11,699 bases of DNA. Source: Candidatus Sumerlaeia bacterium (GTDB lineage Bacteria > Sumerlaeota > Sumerlaeia > SLMS01). Positions 6,751 to 11,699 of the stretch are shown here, piece by piece. The notes under the pieces were generated by a model. That model did not search any database and had not been told where the DNA came from. It was given only the letters and a program-made list of their open reading frames with translations. The position numbers and the translations under genes were made by a program. Positions within the stretch are counted from its first letter, which is position 1; each line of letters starts with the position of its first letter. The stretch lies in contig JBBQYG010000132.1 in the NCBI GenBank assembly GCA_038208905.1, positions 1 to 11,699 of the forward strand, written 5' to 3'.

Positions 6751-7776
6751 CTACTTTCCCCCGCCCAAGTTCAGGTTGTTGGCCGGATCGTTATCGAAGG
6801 GCTGCTGGCCAGGGTCGGCTGGAGGCGGCGCGCCCAGACCATCGAAGTTTTCGCCGGGGATTCCGCCCGCTGGGACGGGTGGTGGCGGGGTCGGGGTCGG
6901 CAGGGCATTGATGATGAACTCCCCGGGGACCGGTGCGTACGGGTTGACGAATCCCGGACGCTCCTGCTCGGTGGGGATGATCGCCGCCAATACAGATTCG
7001 CGCTCCTGGGTTCGGCGATTCTGCTCCTCTTGGAGGAAGAAGGTGGCAGGGTCCGCAGCGTCAAATTCCTGATCAGAATCAAGCGCCAAGGCGCGCCGAC
7101 GAGCTTGGTTGATGCCCAGTATGAAGGGCAAACCTGACTCTAGTCGCGCTCTGTCGCGCTCCTCCGTCAATGTCTGGGCGCGTTCGAGCAACAGCGATTC
7201 GTTGCGAAGCCGGGTCTGCTGTTCGTCGGTGAGCGATTCGCTTGTAAGCAACCGCTGCACGCATTCGCGCGCGATCTCGAGAAAGGGGTCCGAGGTGCGC
7301 CACGGCGGGCTGGAATAGTCGGGCCTCTCGATCTTCAGGCGCGCCTTCTCATAGGCGAATTCCTCGTCGGTTATGCGCCCGTGGACCTGCGCCAACTCGA
7401 GCGCCTCCATCTCGGCCTTCTGCTTTGCCGCAAGCGGAGCAACCGGTGGCGGCTTCACCTCCAGATGGTACTGCGCGTAATAGGAACCGCGAAAATAGGC
7501 GAGGGCGCGGTCGCGTGCGCGGCGAGCAGTCAGATATTGCAGACTAAGATTCTCCGGCGCCAGCCGCGCGGCCTCCGCCAGCGCCATCACGGTGGAGTCG
7601 GCGTTGACCTTGTCGTTGTACTCTGTGGCGAGGTCGTAGAAGACGCGCGCCTCGCCCTGTAGCTCGCCGATGCTCTTCTCGTCGAGCATCGTGCCCCGTG
7701 GGGTTGCCCCGTGAACCGCCATCCCGGCGAGGCTAAGCCCCACCGCTGCGATCAGGGAAAATAAGGTGCGTTTCAT
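6751..7776 (-). CDS. Hypothetical secreted protein, about 341 aa: signal peptide, helical core, SHOCT-like motif, Pro-rich C-terminal tail
   Basis: A strong SD (GGAGGA) precedes ATG 7776. MKRTLFSLIAAVGLSLAGMAVHGA is signal-peptide-like. The gene ends 4 nt before the trpA start. The ORF-track extension to 7971 overlaps pyrE and is rejected. Confidence 0.8.
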   Translation of the reverse strand: MKRTLFSLIAAVGLSLAGMAVHGATPRGTMLDEKSIGELQGEARVFYDLATEYNDKVNADSTVMALAEAARLAPENLSLQYLTARRARDRALAYFRGSYYAQYHLEVKPPPVAPLAAKQKAEMEALELAQVHGRITDEEFAYEKARLKIERPDYSSPPWRTSDPFLEIARECVQRLLTSESLTDEQQTRLRNESLLLERAQTLTEERDRARLESGLPFILGINQARRRALALDSDQEFDAADPATFFLQEEQNRRTQERESVLAAIIPTEQERPGFVNPYAPVPGEFIINALPTPTPPPPVPAGGIPGENFDGLGAPPPADPGQQPFDNDPANNLNLGGGK

Positions 7777-7855
7777 CGGGCATTCCTCCGCGAAATCTAC
7801 TGGGTGAGGCACCATGAGTAAGGCGCTGCTCGTCGCCGGTGCAACGAGAGTCGTA

Positions 7856-8452
7856 TCAAGCGTTGGGGCGAGCTTCCGTCCGGCTGCCGGGTTTGTCCAG
7901 CGGAACCTTGGCCGCGCAGAGCGGGCAATCCCCGGGCAGATGGGTCGCGAAATCCAGCCTTGCGAGCGCAATCAGCGGCTCCGTCGGCTGGAACTTTCCC
8001 TGACTACGGTCCGCGATGGTCACGAAGCCGACGACTTTGGCGCCCGCCGCCTCCACGAGGGGGACCAACTCCAGCACCGACTTCCCGGTGGTGATGACAT
8101 CCTCGGCCAGCAGCACTTTCTCGCCCGGGTAGAGCACGAATCCGCGCCGCAGCTTGAACGGCCCGCCGGGATCGCGTTCGGCAAAAATCGACCGCACGCG
8201 TATCGCCCGGGCCACCTCGTAGCCCCACAGGATTCCCCCGATCGCCGGAGTCAAGACGACATCGACGGCCATTTCGAGGGTCACGGACTCGGGAAGCAAC
8301 GACGCCATCCGCGCGGCGACGGCGGGCTGCTCGAAGAGCGTGGCACATTGGCAGTACTCATCGCTGTGCAGGCCCGAACTTAGCTGGAAGTGCCCTTTTT
8401 TCAGCGCTCCAGCCTCAATCAGAAGGTTCCTGGCCCCGGTTCCGATGCTCAT
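7856..8452 (-). CDS. pyrE: Orotate phosphoribosyltransferase, about 198 aa
   Basis: GALKKGHFQLSSGLHSDEYCQCA, PAIGGI, FAER, LRRGF, PRPP-binding VLLAEDVITTGKS, and C-terminal CPLC...KPGSR. ATG 8452 overlaps the pyrF stop (ATGA). Confidence 0.95.
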   Translation of the reverse strand: MSIGTGARNLLIEAGALKKGHFQLSSGLHSDEYCQCATLFEQPAVAARMASLLPESVTLEMAVDVVLTPAIGGILWGYEVARAIRVRSIFAERDPGGPFKLRRGFVLYPGEKVLLAEDVITTGKSVLELVPLVEAAGAKVVGFVTIADRSQGKFQPTEPLIALARLDFATHLPGDCPLCAAKVPLDKPGSRTEARPNA

Positions 8453-9258
8453 GCGTTGCTCCTCTCGCGAGCGATGTCCTCGTTCCAGCGAATTGCCTTC
8501 TCCCGGACGATCCCCCGGAAGTCCCCGACCTGCCCGGCGGCGGGCAGGATCCCCCGGGTCACGTGGAGGAGGAGGCTGCCGTCGGACTTCCCGCCGCCCT
8601 CGCGAATCGATGCGGCCAAGTCCCCCCCTTGGGCGCCGAGGCCGGGGACCAGAAACGGGATACCGGGCGCCATCTCGCGAAGTTCGCCTAATTGCCCCGG
8701 CCTCGTGGCCCCGGTGACGAAGCCACAGTTCCCCGCCGTATTCCACTCCGAAACTTTCCGCGCCACGGTCTTGTAGAAATCACCCGGCAGCAGGAAATCC
8801 GCCGCGCCAGGGTTGGAAGTCAGCACGAGGAAAAAACTCAGCCGATCCGTGTAGGCAAGGAATGGCTCCGCGCTATCGCGCCCCATCAGCGGGCTAAGCG
8901 TCACCGCGTCGGCACCCAGCCGGTCGAACACTGCCGACGCATAGTGCTTCGCCGTTGAGCCAATGTCGCCACGCTTGGCGTCGGCAATCAGTAGAACATC
9001 GGACGGAACGTGCATGCGCACGGCATACATCATCTCCACGCCCTCCCAGCCGAGGGACTCGAAGAAGGCCAGATTGAACTTATAGGCGGAGGCAAGCCCG
9101 GCGGTGGCCTCGATGATGGCGAGGAGATATGCCTTGTATCCCTCCAGGTTCCGGGGGAACTCCGGCGGCAGGTATTCAGGCGACGGCTCCAGCCCGATCG
9201 AAAGCAGGCTACCCGTCCGGGACTGAGCCAGCCGAAGTTTATCCAATGCGGTCGCCAA
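8449..9258 (-). CDS. pyrF: Orotidine-5'-phosphate decarboxylase (type 2), about 269 aa
   Basis: AYKFNLAFFE, catalytic DAKRGDIGST, DAVTLSPLMGRDS, LTSNPG, GFVTGAT and LVPGLGAQGG. The start is uncertain; TTG at 9258 after GGGGA was chosen. Confidence 0.93.
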   Translation of the reverse strand: MATALDKLRLAQSRTGSLLSIGLEPSPEYLPPEFPRNLEGYKAYLLAIIEATAGLASAYKFNLAFFESLGWEGVEMMYAVRMHVPSDVLLIADAKRGDIGSTAKHYASAVFDRLGADAVTLSPLMGRDSAEPFLAYTDRLSFFLVLTSNPGAADFLLPGDFYKTVARKVSEWNTAGNCGFVTGATRPGQLGELREMAPGIPFLVPGLGAQGGDLAASIREGGGKSDGSLLLHVTRGILPAAGQVGDFRGIVREKAIRWNEDIARERSNA

Positions 9259-9388
9259 GCTTGTCCCCGATTCTTCGCCTCGTATTGCGGCAATTCCAAG
9301 GTACGTCGGGGGGATGGGCAAGGGTATCAAGGCTGCCCCTCGGCGAATATTCCGCCCAAACGGCAAAATCCGCGGCGGGGCATCGCCC

Positions 9389-9418
9389 TTGCATTGGTCG
9401 GGGCCGGGGGCCTAACAT
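9389..9418 (+). promoter_or_regulatory. Candidate sigma70-type promoter for ispG (TTGCAT-N18-TAACAT)
   Basis: -35-like TTGCAT at 9389-9394 and -10-like TAACAT at 9413-9418, ending 37 nt before the ispG ATG in a GC-rich background. Confidence 0.45.
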
Positions 9419-9455
9419 ACCTCCACAGTTAGCCCAATCGGAGCACCCCGCCGCC

Positions 9456-10616
9456 ATGAACCTCGTCACACGTCGCAAGACCCGCCAGGTAGTCGTCCGC
9501 AATGTCGCCATCGGCGGCGGTGCCCCCATCAGCGTGCAGACGATGACGAAGACCGACACGCGGAACGTGGCGGCGACTGTGGCCCAGATTCACGAATTGG
9601 CCGCCGTTGGGGTGGACATCGTCCGGCTGGCGTGCCCCGACATCAAGGCGGCGGAAGCCTTCGACGCGATCATGAGGGAGGCGCCGGTCGCGGTGATCGC
9701 CGATATCCACTTCGATTATCGCAACGCCCTTCGCGTGCTGGACGCAGGGGTCGATGGCATCCGCCTTAACCCTGGGAATCTGGCTCGCAAGGACATGCTC
9801 CCGGAGATCGTCGCCCGTTGCCGCGAACGCCGCGTCCCCATTCGCATCGGCGTCAACAACGGCAGCCTGCGCATGGACCTTCGCAAGAAGGTCTTCAGCG
9901 GAGAGATGGACACCGCCGACGCCATGGTGGAATCGGCCCTCGACGAAATCCGCGCCATCGAGGATTGCGGCTACGGCGAGATCAAGCTTTCGCTGAAAGC
10001 CTCCGACGTCATAACCACCGTCCGCGCCTATCGCGCCATGGCCAACCGCACCGATGTTCCTTTCCACGTGGGACTCACCGAGGCGGGCACCGTGCGCAGC
10101 GGCACCATCAAGAGCGCGATGGCCTTTGGCGCGCTGCTGATGGATGGACTATGCGACACGATCCGCGTATCGCTGACCGGCGACTCGAAGGAAGAGGTCT
10201 TCGTCGGCCAGAAGATGCTCGCCAACGTCGGCGAGCGCAACGCGGGCCCCAACCTGATCTCCTGCCCGAGCTGTGGCCGCGTGGAGATCGGCCTGGAACG
10301 CGCCGCCCACGCCGTGGAGGAACGCCTCCGCGACTACCCCACGGAGAACATCTCCGTCAGCGTCATGGGCTGTGCCGTCAACGGGCCCGGCGAGGGACAG
10401 ATTTCCGACTTTGGCATCGCCGGAGGCCGCGGCAAGGGCGCCATCTACCGCCTCGGTAAAGTGGTTCGATCCTGCCGCGAGGAGGAGATGGTGGACGCGC
10501 TCTTCGAGCAGATCGACGCCTGGATCGCCGCCGGCCGCCCCCACGAGGAGATCGATCCGGCCATCTATGAGGCCGTCCTTAACGCCAAGCCGATGAACGA
10601 GACGGCTGAGGTCTGA
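9456..10616 (+). CDS. ispG: 4-hydroxy-3-methylbut-2-en-1-yl diphosphate synthase, about 386 aa
   Basis: IGGGAPISVQTMT, IADIHFDY, RLNPGN, PIRIGVNNGSL, HVGLTEAG, DTIRVSLT, and [4Fe-4S] ligands SCPSCGR...VMGCAVNGPGE. GGAG lies upstream of ATG 9456. Confidence 0.97.
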   Translation: MNLVTRRKTRQVVVRNVAIGGGAPISVQTMTKTDTRNVAATVAQIHELAAVGVDIVRLACPDIKAAEAFDAIMREAPVAVIADIHFDYRNALRVLDAGVDGIRLNPGNLARKDMLPEIVARCRERRVPIRIGVNNGSLRMDLRKKVFSGEMDTADAMVESALDEIRAIEDCGYGEIKLSLKASDVITTVRAYRAMANRTDVPFHVGLTEAGTVRSGTIKSAMAFGALLMDGLCDTIRVSLTGDSKEEVFVGQKMLANVGERNAGPNLISCPSCGRVEIGLERAAHAVEERLRDYPTENISVSVMGCAVNGPGEGQISDFGIAGGRGKGAIYRLGKVVRSCREEEMVDALFEQIDAWIAAGRPHEEIDPAIYEAVLNAKPMNETAEV

Positions 10617-10686
10617 GCCATGGGGCCGCTGGCCCGGCGATTGCAATCTTCTCCTGTCAGGTAGTCGAGCAAAGGAGAGGAAACCC

Positions 10687-10902
10687 ATGGAAAACGCCGC
10701 TTTCGCAAACTGGATGAAGTCGCTGGACGCAGATCCACGGTTTTACGACCGCTGCCTTACGGTGTGCACGGTATTGCTGGTGCTGATGTTGGCGGCGGTG
10801 GTCTTCGTGGCGCTTCAGGCGCCGCCGCGGATCACCTCCGCGGGGACGATCAACCTGAGCGGCGTCGTTTCCGCCGCCGAGTCCGGCCCGTCGGCCTCCT
10901 GA
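10687..10902 (+). CDS. Small hypothetical single-pass membrane protein, 71 aa
   Basis: A strong SD (AAGGAGAGG) lies 6 nt before the ATG. It has one hydrophobic span (LTVCTVLLVLMLAAVVFVAL) and fills the ispG-gspG gap on the same strand. Confidence 0.7.
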   Translation: MENAAFANWMKSLDADPRFYDRCLTVCTVLLVLMLAAVVFVALQAPPRITSAGTINLSGVVSAAESGPSAS

Positions 10903-10979
10903 ATCGACTTGGCCCCGTTCGCCGCAACCCGCAACAGTCCCACCCACAAACAAGCCCAAGGATGGAGGTCCTTTAGCAT

Positions 10980-11408
10980 ATGATCAGCAGACGCCGCAAC
11001 CGCCGCTCCGGCTTCACATTCCTCGAAATCATGCTCGTCGTGGTCATCATCGGCATTCTCGTCGCCCTCGTGGGCCCGAAGTTGGTAGGGCGTACTCAGC
11101 AGGCCCGTGTCACCGCCTCCACAGCCCAGCTTTCCAGCATCAACCAGTCCATCAAGTCCTTCGAGATGGATACCGGCGGCTTTCCCAAGACGCTCAAGGA
11201 CTTGCTCGAATCTAGCTCGGAAAACGAGAAGGATTGGCGTGGGCCGTATATGGACTCCGACGCGATCCCGAAGGATTCGTGGGGCGAGGAGTACGATTAC
11301 AAGTTTCCCGGCAACAATAATCGCAAGGGCTACGACCTCTGGTCCAAGGGGCCCGACAAGCAGGCCGACACCGAGGACGACATCACCAACTGGACCAAGA
11401 AGGAGTAA
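10980..11408 (+). CDS. gspG: Type II secretion major pseudopilin GspG-like protein, 142 aa
   Basis: Basic leader RRRNRRSG followed by FTFLEIMLVVVIIGILVALVGPKL (prepilin cleavage/N-methylation motif with E5). The GspG C-terminal domain shows WRGPY, PKDSWGEEY, PG and YDLWSKGPD...EDDITNW. SD GGAGGT upstream. Confidence 0.93.
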   Translation: MISRRRNRRSGFTFLEIMLVVVIIGILVALVGPKLVGRTQQARVTASTAQLSSINQSIKSFEMDTGGFPKTLKDLLESSSENEKDWRGPYMDSDAIPKDSWGEEYDYKFPGNNNRKGYDLWSKGPDKQADTEDDITNWTKKE

Positions 11409-11438
11409 CCCTTCGGGCCAGCCGACGGCGTATTTCCT

Positions 11439-11470
11439 CGCCCCGGGTCATTCACCCGGGGCGTTGTGTT
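11439..11470 (+). terminator. Probable intrinsic terminator after gspG
   Basis: Perfect 10-bp stem CGCCCCGGGT / ACCCGGGGCG with a 5-nt loop CATTC, followed by TTGTGTT. Confidence 0.65.
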
Positions 11471-11503
11471 GAGAGACCATCTGCCGCAGGAGCCGAACCC
11501 GCC

Positions 11504-11699
11504 ATGGCGACAGCCGCGACCACCGCAGACCAGGCCCTCACCGAGGCCACCGCATCAGTCCGCGGGGCGCTGGGCGCGATTCCTTCCGTCCTCGTCGTCG
11601 CAGGGAGCGGGCTTGGCGGTTTCGCGGGCTCCCTTTCCGACAGCAAGGAGGTCTCCTACGAGGACCTCCGCCACTTCCCCGCCAGCACCGTCTCGGGGC
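11504..11699 (+). CDS. Purine-nucleoside phosphorylase (trimeric PNP/XapA type), N-terminal part; runs off the right edge of the window
   Basis: Manual translation gives MATAATTADQALTEATASVRGALGAIPSVLVVAGSGLGGFAGSLSDSKEVSYEDLRHFPASTVSG. It matches the family pattern GSGLG...Y.D.P.FP.STV.G(H). SD AGGAG upstream. Not in the ORF track. Confidence 0.88.
   Translation, partial: MATAATTADQALTEATASVRGALGAIPSVLVVAGSGLGGFAGSLSDSKEVSYEDLRHFPASTVSG

Noticed and set aside
7777..7971. Upstream extension of the secreted-protein ORF (406-aa version)
   Set aside because: It overlaps the 3' end of pyrE. ATG 7776 has a GGAGGA SD and exposes a signal peptide.
8453..8746. Possible PyrF-PyrE fusion or frameshift suggested by the long pyrE ORF
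   Set aside because: The extension is an off-frame reading of pyrF. The genes are joined by an ordinary ATGA overlap, and I see no slippery site.
9284..9356. Short palindromes ATTGC-G-GCAAT (9284-9294) and imperfect GGCG-AATATT-CCGCC (9342-9356) upstream of pyrF; possible PyrR-type attenuator
   Set aside because: They are too short or imperfect to exceed chance, and I see no PyrR-binding loop consensus or terminator/antiterminator pair.
9129..9455. N-terminal extension of ispG in the ORF track
   Set aside because: It overlaps pyrF and the divergent promoter region. IspG similarity begins at MNLVTRRKTRQV (9456).
1..11699. tRNA, rRNA, CRISPR array, retron-type ncRNA or riboswitch
   Set aside because: All intergenic gaps are under about 200 nt. 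I saw no repeat-spacer periodicity, cloverleaf or recognisable RNA motif. A covariance-model search would be needed to exclude small RNAs fully.

Overview
This is a GC-rich bacterial chromosomal window, mostly housekeeping genes plus one apparent accessory insertion. It opens with the 5' end of a Zn-dependent alcohol dehydrogenase (- strand, missed by the ORF track), followed by rarA/mgsA (+). Next is a tightly coupled vsr / C5-cytosine methyltransferase / PD-(D/E)xK-type nuclease cassette (+), which resembles the XorII (CGATCG) restriction-modification system from recall. A - strand run follows, in transcription order pyrF, pyrE, an unknown secreted protein, a stand-alone trpA, ldh and plsC. 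The window ends with a + strand run of ispG, a 71-aa membrane protein, an orphan gspG pseudopilin, a terminator-like hairpin and the 5' end of a purine-nucleoside phosphorylase (also missed by the ORF track). The most notable structure is a 7-bp direct repeat (AGCCTAC) flanking the R-M cassette exactly at the rarA and plsC stop codons, so removing the cassette rebuilds an intact rarA><plsC junction. The cassette has no room for an upstream promoter of its own. Other items worth checking are a secreted protein with an internal SHOCT-like motif, a TrpA with active-site-region substitutions and no adjacent trpB, and a palindrome upstream of rarA. All family assignments come from motif recognition by eye; no database searches were run.
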